From a bacterium (GTDB lineage: Bacteria; UBA8248): a DNA stretch of 64,000 nucleotides. Within the stretch, counting starts at the first letter, position 1. Each line of letters opens with the position of its first letter. A model generated the notes under the pieces. It was given only the letters and a program-made list of their open reading frames with translations, was not told the origin of the DNA and searched no databases. A program made the translations under genes and the position numbers. Positions 49,494 to 62,516 of the stretch are shown here, piece by piece. The stretch spans positions 928,001-992,000 of the forward strand of contig OZ244799.1 of the NCBI GenBank assembly GCA_965219955.1. The letters run 5' to 3'.

Positions 49494-50162
49494 ATGCGCT
49501 TGATATTGCGTAAGGACATAGAACATCTCGGAGAGGTGGGAGACGTCGTCGAAGTAGCCGACGGCTACGGGCTCAACTACCTCATTCCGAAAGGCCTGGC
49601 GCTTCACGCCACGGCGAGCACGGTGCGCGCGACGCAGCATGAGCAGCGGTTGCGGGAAGCGCAAATCCAGGCGGCGAAACGAAGCGCGCAGGATTTTGCG
49701 GGCGAATTCTCAGGTGTCGAGGTTGAATTCTCGATGCGCGTAGGCGCGGACGCCAGGCTGTTCGGCTCGGTGACGAATCGGATGATCGAGGACGCCCTGC
49801 AGGAGAAGGGTCTCGAGGTGAACCGCAGGAGAATCGTTCTGGAAGAGCCGATTAAAAAGGTCGGCACTTACGACGTCGACATCCGGCTGCACCAGGAAGT
49901 CAGAGCGTCGGTGCAGGTGAAGGTGATGCCCGATGAGGCGTCCCTGGCGGCTGCGGCCGAGGCGGAAGAAGCCGCTGAGGCGGAGACGGAAGAGGGAGCT
50001 GCCGCAGAAGCGGCGGAAGCCGCAGAGGCTGCGGATGGGGAGCAGGCCGAAGCGGAAGCGACGGCGGAGGCGACCGATGCCGCTCAAGAGGAAGTGCCTG
50101 CGGAAAACCGGGACGCGGAAACCGGGGAAGAGGCAGAAACCGGGGAAGAGAAAGCCGACTAG
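49494..50162 (+). CDS. rplI: 50S ribosomal protein L9 with long acidic tail
   Basis: LGEVGDVVEVADGYG.NYLIP, LFGSVT, PIKKVG. Confidence 0.96.
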   Translation: MRLILRKDIEHLGEVGDVVEVADGYGLNYLIPKGLALHATASTVRATQHEQRLREAQIQAAKRSAQDFAGEFSGVEVEFSMRVGADARLFGSVTNRMIEDALQEKGLEVNRRRIVLEEPIKKVGTYDVDIRLHQEVRASVQVKVMPDEASLAAAAEAEEAAEAETEEGAAAEAAEAAEAADGEQAEAEATAEATDAAQEEVPAENRDAETGEEAETGEEKAD

Positions 50163-50225
50163 CGTTTCGCATACCCGGTCGTTTCCCGGTGTATGATGGC
50201 AAGGCCAAGGATTTCATAGAGATAG

Positions 50226-50257
50226 AAGGGGCAGCCGAAAACCGGCGCCCCTTTTTT
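50226..50257 (+). terminator. Rho-independent terminator after rplI
   Basis: GGGGC-A-GCCG-AAAAC-CGGC-GCCCC followed by TTTTTT. Confidence 0.7.
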
Positions 50258-50365
50258 CCTTTGAATTCGGTAAATACGGTTTCTGGCGTTTTGATCTTGG
50301 CTCCATCTGATGTAAACTAACGATCTCGCCCGTTCTTTCCACTTAGCAGACATCGGAGTTTTGAA

Positions 50366-51790
50366 GTGGAAACGCCCGCTCGTGAAGAGCGGTCCGCGGA
50401 GTCGGGCCATCTCCCCCCACAGAACATAGAAGCCGAACAGCGCGTTCTGGGCGCTTTGCTGCTCGACGGCGCGATGGTGCCGCCCGTCATGGAAGTGTTG
50501 CGGCCGGAGCATTTCTACCGCATGAGCCATCGTGTGATCTACGAGGGCATGCTCAGCCTTTTCGAGAAATCCGAACCCATCGACCTCCTCACCCTGGCCG
50601 ACGCCCTGAAGAAGGCGGGTACGCTCGATACGGCGGGCGGGCCTGAATACGTCGCGCGTCTGGCGGACGATGTTTCAAGCGCCCGGCGCGCGGAAACCTA
50701 CGCGAAACTCGTCAGAAGCACGGCATTGCTCAGAGAACTCATACACACCTCGAACGCCATCGCGCAGCGAGCGTTTACGGGCGAGGAGGATATCGATACG
50801 CTCGTGGACGACGCCGAGCGCGCCATGCTGGAAGTTTCATCCGGGCGCTACCAGCAAAGCGTGGAGGGCATGCGCGACATCATCAAACATACGTTCCCTT
50901 ATCTGGAGGACCTCTACGATCGCAAGGAACTGGTCACCGGCGTCCCCACGGGGTACTCGGATCTGGATAAGCTGACGAGTGGCTTGCAGCCCGGGGAATT
51001 GATCATCGTGGCCGGTCGTCCCAGCATGGGGAAGACGGCGTTCGCCCTGTGCGTCGCGGAATACGCCTCTTTGGCGTCGAAAACCGCCACGGCGATATTC
51101 AGCCTGGAGATGAGCGCGCGCGCATTGGCGATTCGCATGATGTGCGGGCGCGCCATGGTGAATTCCAGGCAGCTTCAAAGCGGCTACATGCCCTCTCAGA
51201 AATGGCCGGATTTGATTCGGAGCGCGGGCGAACTGTCGGAGGCGTCCATTTACGTGGACGACGCGACGGATTTGTCCGTGTTCGACATCCGGGCGAAATG
51301 CCGCCGCATCCAGGCGGATCAGGGTCTCGGCCTCGTGGTGGTCGATTACCTCCAGCTTGTGCACCACAGGGGCCGTTCCATGGAGAACCGCCAGCGCGAG
51401 ATCAGCGAAATATCCCGGGGGCTGAAAAGCCTGGCGAAAGAACTCAACGTGCCCGTCGTGGCCTTGAGCCAGCTGTCGAGGGCGGTGGAATCGAGAGAGG
51501 GCAAGCGCCCCAACCTGGCCGACCTGCGTGAGTCGGGCTCGATAGAACAGGATGCGGATGTCGTGGCCTTGCTGTATCGCGAGGAGTATTATGACCCCAA
51601 ACCCGACAACAAAGGGGTCGCCACCGTCATTCTCGCCAAACAGCGCAACGGGCCGACCGGTGAACTCGAACTCAAGTTTTTTCCGGATTATGCGCGGTTC
51701 GTAAACCTGGATGCATATCACGAGGGCGCGGCCGTAGGCTCGCAGCATGCGGAACCGGGCTATCCCGAAGAAGCGGATGCGCCGTTCTAG
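50366..51790 (+). CDS. dnaB: Replicative DNA helicase
   Basis: PPQNIEAEQ, GRPSMGKT, DYLQL, DLRESGSIEQDAD, KQRNGP. Confidence 0.98.
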   Translation: METPAREERSAESGHLPPQNIEAEQRVLGALLLDGAMVPPVMEVLRPEHFYRMSHRVIYEGMLSLFEKSEPIDLLTLADALKKAGTLDTAGGPEYVARLADDVSSARRAETYAKLVRSTALLRELIHTSNAIAQRAFTGEEDIDTLVDDAERAMLEVSSGRYQQSVEGMRDIIKHTFPYLEDLYDRKELVTGVPTGYSDLDKLTSGLQPGELIIVAGRPSMGKTAFALCVAEYASLASKTATAIFSLEMSARALAIRMMCGRAMVNSRQLQSGYMPSQKWPDLIRSAGELSEASIYVDDATDLSVFDIRAKCRRIQADQGLGLVVVDYLQLVHHRGRSMENRQREISEISRGLKSLAKELNVPVVALSQLSRAVESREGKRPNLADLRESGSIEQDADVVALLYREEYYDPKPDNKGVATVILAKQRNGPTGELELKFFPDYARFVNLDAYHEGAAVGSQHAEPGYPEEADAPF

Positions 51791-51832
51791 CAGCGGAGCG
51801 ACGAAGACGTCTCCCCGAAGAGGGTCTTCTTT

Positions 51833-53008
51833 TTGAGCGAACATTTGCTGCCGGCCGGGTATCGGAACGCTCTTTTCGTTGATCTGGACATCCTGACCCG
51901 AAATTATGAAAATCTGACCGGTCTGCTCCTCTCCCGGGAGCCGTTCGCCGTCGTGAAGGCGGAAGGCTACGGGCACGGCGGCGTGGAGGTCGCCCGCGCC
52001 GTATATGAGGCGGGCGCCAGATGGTTCGGGGTCGCGGCGGTTCAGGAGGCGGAGGCGCTTCGCGCCGCTGATGCGGGGGACGGGTTCGCCGATGCGCGCA
52101 TATTGGTGATGAGCGATACGCTGGCGTATAACGCGAAAAGGCTGGTCGAGGCGGATTGCGACGCCGCCGTCTGGCGCATGGAGCAGGTGGAAGGCCTGGC
52201 GGCCGCGGCGAGAGGAGCGGGCGGAAAAGCGGGAATCCACGTCAAGGTGGACACGGGGATGGGGCGTCTGGGGTTGCGCCCGGCGGAAGCCGTCGATTTC
52301 ATCGAAAGGGCCTCCCGGGTGGAGAATGTCGAGGTTGCCGGTCTGATGAGCCATTTCGCGCGGGCGGACGAAGAAGAAGGAGAGGCCGCGACGAGCGCGC
52401 AAATTCGCGAGATGGAGGCGCTTATCCAAATGCTTCGGGAGAAGAGTCTGCTTCCCCCCCATGTCCACATGTCGAACAGCGCGGGCTTGTTGAATTATCC
52501 CCATGCGCCCGGCAATCTGGTGCGCCTGGGGCTGGCGCTGTATGGCTCCTCGCCACAGTTTTCAGAGAGCGTGGCATTGAAATCCGCCATGACGTGGGTC
52601 GCGAGGGTACTGCAGGTGAAAGAAGTCGGCGCAGGCCGGCCGGTCGGATACGGCGGAACTTATGAGAGAAGTTCTCCCGGGCGAATCGCGATGGTGGCGA
52701 CGGGGTATGGGGACGGCTATCCGCGCATCCTTTCCAACCGTGCGGATGCGCTGGTCGGCGGTGTACGGGTTCCGGTGGCGGGGCGCGTATCCATGGACAT
52801 GCTGGCGCTCGATGTGACGAAGATCGAAAACATCGCGCCGGGAGACCAGGTCGTCCTGATGGGAGAGGGGGGCGATGGAGCCGTCAGTTGCGAGGAGGTG
52901 GCCGACAGGGCCGAGACGATACCCTATGAGATCATGTGCGGGGTGGGCGTCCGCGTGCCGAGAATCTATTTGCGGGATGGCCGGGCCACCCATGTTCGCA
53001 AGTTGTAG
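51833..53008 (+). CDS. alr: Alanine racemase
   Basis: AVVKAEGYGHG, HVKVDTGMGRLG, GYGDGY, GRVSMD. Confidence 0.95.
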   Translation: MSEHLLPAGYRNALFVDLDILTRNYENLTGLLLSREPFAVVKAEGYGHGGVEVARAVYEAGARWFGVAAVQEAEALRAADAGDGFADARILVMSDTLAYNAKRLVEADCDAAVWRMEQVEGLAAAARGAGGKAGIHVKVDTGMGRLGLRPAEAVDFIERASRVENVEVAGLMSHFARADEEEGEAATSAQIREMEALIQMLREKSLLPPHVHMSNSAGLLNYPHAPGNLVRLGLALYGSSPQFSESVALKSAMTWVARVLQVKEVGAGRPVGYGGTYERSSPGRIAMVATGYGDGYPRILSNRADALVGGVRVPVAGRVSMDMLALDVTKIENIAPGDQVVLMGEGGDGAVSCEEVADRAETIPYEIMCGVGVRVPRIYLRDGRATHVRKL

Positions 53009-53040
53009 CGGGTGGTTGTTCTACAGAGGCGAGAGCGGTC

Positions 53041-54995
<1,955 letters not shown>

Positions 54996-55097
54996 GCGAC
55001 TGATTCTTAATGCCTTTGTTGACAAGGAGCGGGGGCTTTGCTACGAAGCCTTGGCTATGAGGACAGGCGGAGCGCTTTTTCCATGGAGATACAGGGA

Positions 55098-55487
55098 ATG
55101 TTGGATTCTTTAGCGGCATGGTTGGCTGATTTTTCGGTAGCGTACGCCATGGCTCCTCCTTCCGGCGGGGGTGGCGGGCAGCCCAGTTTCCTGATTCAGC
55201 TGGCGCCGTTCCTGATGATTTTCGCCATCATCTATTTCATCATGATCAGGCCCCAGCAGAAGAAGCAGCAGGAAATTCGCAGGATGCAGGAGGCCCTCAA
55301 GCCCGGAGATCAGGTCGTCGCGAGTGGAATTCTGGGAGAAGTGGCGAGAATCAAAGACGAAATCGTGACGCTGAAAGTGGATGAGAACGTGCGTATTCGC
55401 GTGCAAAAGTCTTTTGTCACGGCTGCGGGTTCGAGCGCGAATACGGAGCAGAACAAGGCTCCCCAGAAAGAAAAACCAGAAAAATAA
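55098..55487 (+). CDS. yajC: Preprotein translocase subunit YajC
   Basis: YFIMIRPQQK, LKPGD; lies between tgt and secD; start uncertain. Confidence 0.92.
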   Translation: MLDSLAAWLADFSVAYAMAPPSGGGGGQPSFLIQLAPFLMIFAIIYFIMIRPQQKKQQEIRRMQEALKPGDQVVASGILGEVARIKDEIVTLKVDENVRIRVQKSFVTAAGSSANTEQNKAPQKEKPEK

Positions 55488-55569
55488 AAGTGAAGTCATT
55501 TCACCCTTCACCCGGTGAAATGATTTTCGATAGGGGTGGCCTGGAGCCGCCCGGCGTAAGGAGAGTTTC

Positions 55570-57120
55570 ATGAGGGGTGTTAGCTGGCGGGCAGGCCTGA
55601 TAGCCATCGTTATCGTCGTCTCCGCGTTTTATCTGATTCCACCGGAGGAGCGCATCAACTTAGGCCTTGATCTGCAGGGCGGGATTCATCTGGTCCTCGA
55701 GGTACAGTCCGAAAAGGCGGTGGAATCGAAAATGAGCCGCTATTTCACAGAACTTCGAAACCGCCTTTCCATAGACGACATCCGCACCCGGACCTTCAAG
55801 CGCGACGGCTTGAGGCTGACCGTGACCCTCCACCGCCCCGGCGACAGGGGCCGATTCCTCTCGATGATGCAGAATTATCCGGATCTCACCCTGCAGCGCG
55901 AAGAGGGAACCCCGCCGACGTTCGAGTATTTCCTCTCCTCGCAACAGGTGGAGCGCACGAAAGAGCAGGCCATCATCCAGGCGCTCGAGACGATTCGGAA
56001 CCGAATCGATCAGTTCGGCGTGCGCGAACCCACGCTCCAGCGTCAGGGAGAGCGGCGCATCATCATCCAGCTTCCGGGGGTGGAAGACCCCTCACGGGCG
56101 AAGTCTCTGATCGGGAAAACGGCGCTCCTGGAGTTCAAGATGGTGGACAGCCAGGCCAACGTCGCCAGCGCGATAGAGCGTGGCCGCGCGCCCGAGGGTC
56201 TGCAGCTTTTATATGAAGTATCGAGAGACAGGCAGACGGGTGAGGTGATCGAGCGCACCCCCTTGCTGGTGAAGAGAGAAGCCGCCCTGACGGGCGACAA
56301 TCTGACCGATGCGCGCGTGGAAATCGGAGATCGCTTCAACCAGTCCTACGTGGCCATCGCGTTCGATTCCGTGGGGGCGGACGCGTTCGACCGCCTCACG
56401 GCGGCCAACGTGGGCAGGCGTCTCGCCATCGTGCTCGACGGCGTCATCTACAGCGCGCCCGTCATTCAGGAGCGAATCAGCCAGGGCAGGGCGCAGATCA
56501 CGGGGAGTTTCACGCTCGAAGAAGCGACGGACCTGGCGATCGCGCTGAGAGCGGGTGCGCTTCCCGCCCCGGTGGAAGTTCTGGAAGAGAGAAACGTCGG
56601 CCCATCTCTGGGGGCCGATTCCGTTCGCCAGGGGCTCATCAGCATCATCGTCGGGTTCGTTCTCGTCCTGATATTCATGGGGATCTATTACAAGCTGAGC
56701 GGCGCGGTGGCCATCATGGCGCTCCTGTTCAATCTCTTGATACTCATGGGAGCGCTTGGGTTCTTCGGCGCCACGCTGACCCTGCCGGGGATCGCCGGCA
56801 TCGTGCTCACGGTCGGTATGGCGGTCGACGCCAACGTATTGATCTTCGAACGCATCCGGGAGGAATTGCGGTTGGGGAAAACCATCCGCTCCGCTATCGA
56901 TTCGGGGTACGGCAAGGCGTTTCTCACCATCCTGGACGCGAACGTAACGACGCTCATCGCGGCGCTTGTGCTCCTGCAGTTCGGGACGGGACCCATCAAG
57001 GGATTCGCCGTCACCCTGAGCATCGGCATCGTGGCGAGCATGTTCACCGCGATCTTCGTCACCCGATTCGTATATGACTTCTTCTTGTACAGAACCGACG
57101 TGAGGAGTTTGAGCATCTAA
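55570..57120 (+). CDS. secD: Protein translocase subunit SecD
   Basis: LGLDLQGG, RNRIDQFGV.EP, GMAVDANVLIFERIRE. Confidence 0.97.
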   Translation: MRGVSWRAGLIAIVIVVSAFYLIPPEERINLGLDLQGGIHLVLEVQSEKAVESKMSRYFTELRNRLSIDDIRTRTFKRDGLRLTVTLHRPGDRGRFLSMMQNYPDLTLQREEGTPPTFEYFLSSQQVERTKEQAIIQALETIRNRIDQFGVREPTLQRQGERRIIIQLPGVEDPSRAKSLIGKTALLEFKMVDSQANVASAIERGRAPEGLQLLYEVSRDRQTGEVIERTPLLVKREAALTGDNLTDARVEIGDRFNQSYVAIAFDSVGADAFDRLTAANVGRRLAIVLDGVIYSAPVIQERISQGRAQITGSFTLEEATDLAIALRAGALPAPVEVLEERNVGPSLGADSVRQGLISIIVGFVLVLIFMGIYYKLSGAVAIMALLFNLLILMGALGFFGATLTLPGIAGIVLTVGMAVDANVLIFERIREELRLGKTIRSAIDSGYGKAFLTILDANVTTLIAALVLLQFGTGPIKGFAVTLSIGIVASMFTAIFVTRFVYDFFLYRTDVRSLSI

Positions 57121-58049
57121 TGGAAATTATCCGGCCAGACGCATCGTTCGACATCATCGGCAAGATCAAGCTCTTCGTCGGCGTTTCCACCGTGGTCGTC
57201 GTGCTGTCCCTTCTCCTGCTGATGACCAAGGGGATCAACTACGGCATCGATTTCACCGGCGGAACGCTGGTGCAGGTCCAGCTCAAAGAGGCCAAGCCGA
57301 TTGGCGACGTGCGAAGCGCTCTCGCGGGGCTTTCCTTGGGCGATACCGTCATCCAGAATTTCGGCTCCGAGAGGGAGTTCCTGATTCGCGTGGAGAAAAG
57401 CTCGGGCGACATCAAGGGCGTCGAATCCGTCGTGAGAACCGCGCTCATCAAAAAATTCGGCAAAGACGCGTTCGAGATGCGCAGAACCGAGATGGTGGGT
57501 CCCAAAGTGGGCGCGGACCTGCGCCAGAAGGCGCTCAGCAGCATGCTCTTCGCCCTTATCGGCATTCTCATCTACATCAGCTTCCGTTTCCAGTTTCGAC
57601 AGGCGATTGCCTCGGTCGTGGCGCTTTTGCACGACGTCATCATCACGCTCGGCGTCTTCTCCCTGTCGGGCAAGGAGTTTTCCCTCCCGATCGTGGCCGC
57701 CGTCTTGACGATCATCGGTTATTCGCTGAACGACACCATCGTCGTGTTCGACCGCATCCGCGAGAATACGCGCGCTTCGAGGCGCGCCGAGTTTTCAGGA
57801 CTCGTCAACAAATCCATCAACCAGACGCTTTCGCGCACGCTCCTCACCTCAGGCACGACGCTCGTCGCCGTGCTGGCATTCCTCATCCTGGGTGGCGACA
57901 TCATCTCCGACGTGGCGTTCGCCCTGGCGGTGGGCATCTTGGCCGGTACGTATTCCTCGATATACGTGGCGAGTCCCATCCTGCTGGCGTGGCCGGAGCC
58001 GGCCCGCCGAGGCTCCCGAGGCAAGAGAAGCTCCGCCGCCAAAGCCTGA
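57120..58049 (+). CDS. secF: Protein translocase subunit SecF
   Basis: GIDFTGG, VGPKVG, GYSLNDTIVVFDRIRE. Confidence 0.97.
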   Translation: MEIIRPDASFDIIGKIKLFVGVSTVVVVLSLLLLMTKGINYGIDFTGGTLVQVQLKEAKPIGDVRSALAGLSLGDTVIQNFGSEREFLIRVEKSSGDIKGVESVVRTALIKKFGKDAFEMRRTEMVGPKVGADLRQKALSSMLFALIGILIYISFRFQFRQAIASVVALLHDVIITLGVFSLSGKEFSLPIVAAVLTIIGYSLNDTIVVFDRIRENTRASRRAEFSGLVNKSINQTLSRTLLTSGTTLVAVLAFLILGGDIISDVAFALAVGILAGTYSSIYVASPILLAWPEPARRGSRGKRSSAAKA

Positions 58050-58188
58050 TTTTCTCGATACAGGGTGAGGGTGGTTTGGCCCCTGAAGGCTGTTGATCAC
58101 GAAGATCGGCTTGTGCCGCATCTCCGAATGACATCCAGAAATAGATAAATATATTCAGTAAGTTACAACGTATCGTTCAAGAATTACG

Positions 58189-59403
58189 TTAGGAATCGCG
58201 TTGCGCGCGCACCCGCAGCCGCAGGGCGTTCAGGCGGATGAATCCTTCCGCGTCTTTTTGGGAATAGACGGCGTCTTCCTCGAAGGTGGCGAGGTCGGAA
58301 CGGTAGAGGGTCAGGTTCTCGGGGGCTTTCCTGCCCACGACACTGCAGGCGCCCTTGTAGAGTTTCACGCGGGCTGCGCCGCATACGGATTCCGCCGCGC
58401 CGTCGATGGCGGATTGCAGGAATTCCCGCTCCGGCGCGAACCAGAAGCCGTTGTAGACGAGTTGCGCGTATTTGGGGATCAGGGAATCGCGCAACTGCAG
58501 GACTTCCCGGTCCATCGTGAGGGACTCCACGGCCCGGCGCGCCGCGTGCAGAACCGTGCCCGCGGGCGTCTCGTACACGCCTCTGCTCTTCATGCCGACG
58601 AAGCGGTTTTCCACCAGGTCCACCCGGCCCACGCCGTGCGCGCCCGCCAGGGCGTTTAACTGCTCCATCATGGCGACTGGCGAGAGCGCCTCTCCGTTCA
58701 AGGCCACGGGGTCGCCTCTTTCGAACTCGATTTCGACGTACTCGGGCGCGTCGGGCGCTTTTTCGGGTGACACGCTCAAGACGTACATATCCGCTGGCGG
58801 CTCCGCCCAGGGGTCTTCCAGAACGCCGCCCTCGAAACTGATGTGCAGGAGGTTTCTGTCCATCGAATAGGGCTTTTCCGCCGTCACGGGTATCGGTATG
58901 CCGTGTCTTTCCGCGTAGGCGATGAGATGGGAGCGCCCCCCGAAATCCCAGTCGCGCCAGGGCGCGATGATGGTGACGTCCGGGTCGATGGAGGCGTACG
59001 TCAACTCGAAGCGCACCTGGTCATTCCCCTTGCCCGTGGCGCCGTGGGCGACGGCGTCGCCACCTGTTTTCTTGAGCACGTCCATGTGGCCCTTCGCAAT
59101 GAGGGGCCGGGCGATGGACGTCCCCAGCAGATAGGCGCCTTCATAGACGGCGCCCGCGCGGAGCATGGGGAAGATGTAGTCGCGCGCGAATTCCTCCCTC
59201 AAATCCAGGATGTGGCAGGACTCCGCACCCGTGGCCAGCGCCTTTTCCTCCAGACCGTCGAGTTCGCCCGCGCCCTGGCCGACGTCTGCCGCAAAGGCGA
59301 CGACGGGGCACTCGTATGTTTCCTTGATCCACTTGAGCATGACGGAGGTGTCCAGCCCGCCTGAATAGGCGAGGACCACCCTGCTCGGCTTAGGCGCCAT
59401 CAT
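58189..59403 (-). CDS. argG: Argininosuccinate synthase
   Basis: [33 protein letters not shown]. Confidence 0.98.
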   Translation of the reverse strand: MMAPKPSRVVLAYSGGLDTSVMLKWIKETYECPVVAFAADVGQGAGELDGLEEKALATGAESCHILDLREEFARDYIFPMLRAGAVYEGAYLLGTSIARPLIAKGHMDVLKKTGGDAVAHGATGKGNDQVRFELTYASIDPDVTIIAPWRDWDFGGRSHLIAYAERHGIPIPVTAEKPYSMDRNLLHISFEGGVLEDPWAEPPADMYVLSVSPEKAPDAPEYVEIEFERGDPVALNGEALSPVAMMEQLNALAGAHGVGRVDLVENRFVGMKSRGVYETPAGTVLHAARRAVESLTMDREVLQLRDSLIPKYAQLVYNGFWFAPEREFLQSAIDGAAESVCGAARVKLYKGACSVVGRKAPENLTLYRSDLATFEEDAVYSQKDAEGFIRLNALRLRVRAQRDS

Positions 59404-60328
59404 TTCCTCCGGCTAGAATTTGAAGGAGTATCTTCTGTGCGTGGAGCCGGTTCCCGGCCTGCGTGAAAACGACGCTCCTCGGGCCGTCGATGACGTCCGC
59501 CGTCACTTCCTCCCCCCTGTGCGCGGGGAGGCAGTGCATGAAAACGGCGTCCTCGCTCGCGGCCCGGAAAACTTCCTCGTTCACCTGGTATGGAGCCAGG
59601 ACTTTCTGGCGGCGTTCGTTCTCATCCTCCTGTCCCATGGAAGCCCACACGTCCGTATAGACGGCATGCGCGCCCGCGCACGCTTCTTCGGCGTCCTCGG
59701 TGACGTGGATTTGCGCGTTCGATTCCTGCGCCGAACCCCGCGCCTGCTCCAGAATTTCGGAATCGGGCCAGTACCCTTTCGGACACGCCGCGCTGACGTC
59801 GACGCCGATCAGAGCGCCCACGATGAGCAGCGAATGCAGCACGTTGTTCCCGTCTCCCAGGTAGGCGAGCTTGAGGCCATCGAGCGTTCCGTAGCGTTCT
59901 CTCATCGTGAGGAAATCGGCGAGCGCCTGGCAGGGGTGGTGGAGGTCCGTCAGGCCGTTGATGACGGGAACGCTCGCGTTCGCGGCGATCTCCTCCACGC
60001 GCGCGTGCGCATACGTTCTGACGACGATGCCGTCCACGTATTCGCTCAAAACCCTGGCGCTGTCCGCAGGGGTTTCTCCCCGGGCGATCTGCGTGTCGTT
60101 CGGCGCCAGGAAAATGGTGCTGGCCCCCAGTTGGGTGAGGCCTGCCTCGAAGGAAACCCGCGTCCTCGTGGAGTGCTTCTCAAAAATGAGCGCGAAGTTC
60201 TTTCCCGAGAGCGCGGGGCGGAGTTTTCCCTCGGCCGTTTCTTTTTTCTGGACGAGCGCCTCTTCGATGAGTTCGAGCGTTTTGGCGGCGCTCAGCTCAA
60301 AGCCTGTAAGATAGTCGAGCTTGCTCAT
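59390..60328 (-). CDS. argF: Ornithine carbamoyltransferase
   Basis: STRTR, HPCQ, SMG, HCLP; start ATG 60328. Confidence 0.97.
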   Translation of the reverse strand: MSKLDYLTGFELSAAKTLELIEEALVQKKETAEGKLRPALSGKNFALIFEKHSTRTRVSFEAGLTQLGASTIFLAPNDTQIARGETPADSARVLSEYVDGIVVRTYAHARVEEIAANASVPVINGLTDLHHPCQALADFLTMRERYGTLDGLKLAYLGDGNNVLHSLLIVGALIGVDVSAACPKGYWPDSEILEQARGSAQESNAQIHVTEDAEEACAGAHAVYTDVWASMGQEDENERRQKVLAPYQVNEEVFRAASEDAVFMHCLPAHRGEEVTADVIDGPRSVVFTQAGNRLHAQKILLQILAGGNDGA

Positions 60329-61530
60329 TTCGCCAGATCCGCCAGCGCCCCGTCGAGGAAATCCATCAGCTTGTCGATCATCTCTTTTTCCACGACGAGG
60401 GGAGGGATGAGGCGGATGACCTTCTGGACGGCCACGTTGAGCAAAAAGCCGGCTTCCAGCCCCTTCGTGACGATGGAAGTCGCGTCCACGTCCACCTCGC
60501 AGCCGATGATCAGCCCCTTGCCCCTGATCTCCTTGATGATGGCGTGCCGCGTCGCCAGTTCCTCGAGACCCGCGGTGGCGTATGCCCCCATCTCCTGGAC
60601 GTGTTCCAGGAAGCCGGGCGCGGTCACGGCGTCCATCGCGGCGCATCCCGCGGCGGTGGCCAGGGGATTGCCGCCGAACGTGGCGGCATGGTCGCCGGGC
60701 TCGAACGCCATCGCCTTGTCCGAGGCGACAAGCGCGCCGATGGCCGTTCCGCCCGCCAGGGCCTTCGCCAGGCTCATGGCGTCGGGCGCGACGCCCTCGT
60801 GCTCGTACGCCCAGAGTTTTCCCGTCCTGCCCAGACCAACCTGGACCTCATCGAACAACAGCAACAAATCGTTCGCGTCGCAAATTTCTCTCAAACCCTT
60901 GAGATAGCCGTCGGGCGGCACGTTCACGCCGCCCTCGCCCTGGATGGGCTCCACCATGACGGCGCAGGTTTGCTCACTGACCGATGCGGCTACCGACTCC
61001 AAATCGCCGAAGGGCACGTAGCGGAACCCGGGCAGCAGGGGCTTGAACGCCCCGTGAAACTTCGTCTGGCCCGTGGCGGTGAGCGACGCCATGGTGCGGC
61101 CGTGGAAGCTCATGTCGAAGCTCAGTATCTCGTGGCGGCCTTCCCCGTATTTCTGGAACGAATACTTTCGGGCGAGCTTGAGCGCCGCTTCGACTGCCTC
61201 GGTTCCGCTGTTGCAGAAAAACGCCTTATCCCCGAAAGAGAGGCGGTTGAGCCTTTTGGCCAACTCGATCTGGGGTTCGATGTGATAGAGGTTCGAGACG
61301 TGGATCAGCTTTCCGGCCTGTTCCCTGATGGCGGCCACGACGCCCGGGTGGCAATGCCCGAGGTTGCACACCGCCAGACCGGACACGAAATCCAGATACT
61401 CTTTCCCGTCCGCGTCCCAGACGCGGCATCCCTCGCCGCGGACCAGCGCGATGGGGTAGCGCCCGTACGTGGGGGCGACGTTGCGTTCGGCGTCCGAGAT
61501 TAGAGTTACGTTGTCCATGCTTTTCCCCAA
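60325..61530 (-). CDS. argD: Acetylornithine aminotransferase
   Basis: NSGTEA, FHGRT, EPIQGEGG, DEVQ.G.GRTG, LAK, TFGGNP. Confidence 0.95.
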   Translation of the reverse strand: MGKSMDNVTLISDAERNVAPTYGRYPIALVRGEGCRVWDADGKEYLDFVSGLAVCNLGHCHPGVVAAIREQAGKLIHVSNLYHIEPQIELAKRLNRLSFGDKAFFCNSGTEAVEAALKLARKYSFQKYGEGRHEILSFDMSFHGRTMASLTATGQTKFHGAFKPLLPGFRYVPFGDLESVAASVSEQTCAVMVEPIQGEGGVNVPPDGYLKGLREICDANDLLLLFDEVQVGLGRTGKLWAYEHEGVAPDAMSLAKALAGGTAIGALVASDKAMAFEPGDHAATFGGNPLATAAGCAAMDAVTAPGFLEHVQEMGAYATAGLEELATRHAIIKEIRGKGLIIGCEVDVDATSIVTKGLEAGFLLNVAVQKVIRLIPPLVVEKEMIDKLMDFLDGALADLAK

Positions 61531-61538
61531 AAAAGAAG

Positions 61539-62414
61539 CTATCTGACGATTTGCGTGCCCACGCCTTCATCCGTGAACACTTCGAGCAAGACCGCGTGAG
61601 GAACCCTGCCGTCGACGATGTGGGTTTTCGTCACGTTCGATGAGAGCGCGTCCAGGCACGCGTCGACCTTCGGGATCATCCCGCCGGTGATGATTTTCTT
61701 CTCTTTGAGCCTTTTGACGTCATCGCGCCTGATGGTGCTGATGAGGTTCTCGTCATTGTCCAGAATGCCGGGCACGTCCGTCAGGAGGATGAATTTTTCC
61801 GCATGAAGCGCCCCGGCGATGGCGCCCGCCGCCGAGTCGGCGTTGATGTTGTAGACGTTGCCGTCCTGCCCCACGCCCAGGGGCGCAATGACGGGGATGA
61901 AACCGCCGTCTGCGAGATGGTGGATGATGTCGGGCTTGATGGCCAGGACCTCGCCGACGCGCCCCAGGTCATACTCCACGTCCTCGCCGCCCGGTCCTTT
62001 TCTGCTCATGATCAGTTTCTTCGCCGTCGTGAGGCCGGCGTCCGAGCCGGAAAGGCCCACGGCGTTCCCTTCGTGCCGGTTGATGAGCCTCACGATGCTC
62101 TTGTTCGTGGCGCCGGAGAGCACCATCTCCACCACGCCGACCGTTTCCTCGTCCGTCACCCGGAGGCCTTCAATGAACTCGCTGGTCTTGCCGATTTTCC
62201 TTAAAGTTTCGCCGATTTGAGGGCCGCCGCCGTGGACGACGACCACGTTGATCCCCACGTACTTGAGAAGCACGATGTCCTGGGCGAAGGGAGCGTGGAG
62301 TTCCGGCTGCACCTGGGCCGCGCCGCCGTATTTGACGACGATGGTCTTGCCCGCGAACTGTTGGATGTAGGGCAGCGCTTCAACCAGCGTCGCCGCCCTG
62401 TCTCTTGGTTCCAT
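61539..62414 (-). CDS. argB: Acetylglutamate kinase
   Basis: EALPYI, VKYGG, VHGGGPQI, NINAD, GGMIPK. Confidence 0.97.
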   Translation of the reverse strand: MEPRDRAATLVEALPYIQQFAGKTIVVKYGGAAQVQPELHAPFAQDIVLLKYVGINVVVVHGGGPQIGETLRKIGKTSEFIEGLRVTDEETVGVVEMVLSGATNKSIVRLINRHEGNAVGLSGSDAGLTTAKKLIMSRKGPGGEDVEYDLGRVGEVLAIKPDIIHHLADGGFIPVIAPLGVGQDGNVYNINADSAAGAIAGALHAEKFILLTDVPGILDNDENLISTIRRDDVKRLKEKKIITGGMIPKVDACLDALSSNVTKTHIVDGRVPHAVLLEVFTDEGVGTQIVR

Positions 62415-62516
62415 GTCCGAGCCTTCAAAAACGAAGAATGAGAGACGGGTCTCTCGCCGTAAGCCGAGGAATATACACTCCCCCGATGCGCAAGGCCAAG
62501 GGGAGGGGCAGAAGGT

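Noticed and set aside
49930-50162. Low-complexity Ala/Glu repeats at the end of rplI (and rplY)
   Set aside because: Acidic tails on L9 and L25 are common, and there is no regular nucleotide array.
50366-51790. Possible intein in dnaB
   Set aside because: Normal length with contiguous helicase motifs.
58050-58188. AT-rich spacer between convergent secF and argG with a CCCTGAAGGCTGTTGA end-like motif
   Set aside because: A single short degenerate match with no partner end or duplication; cannot be supported as an element or att/dif site.
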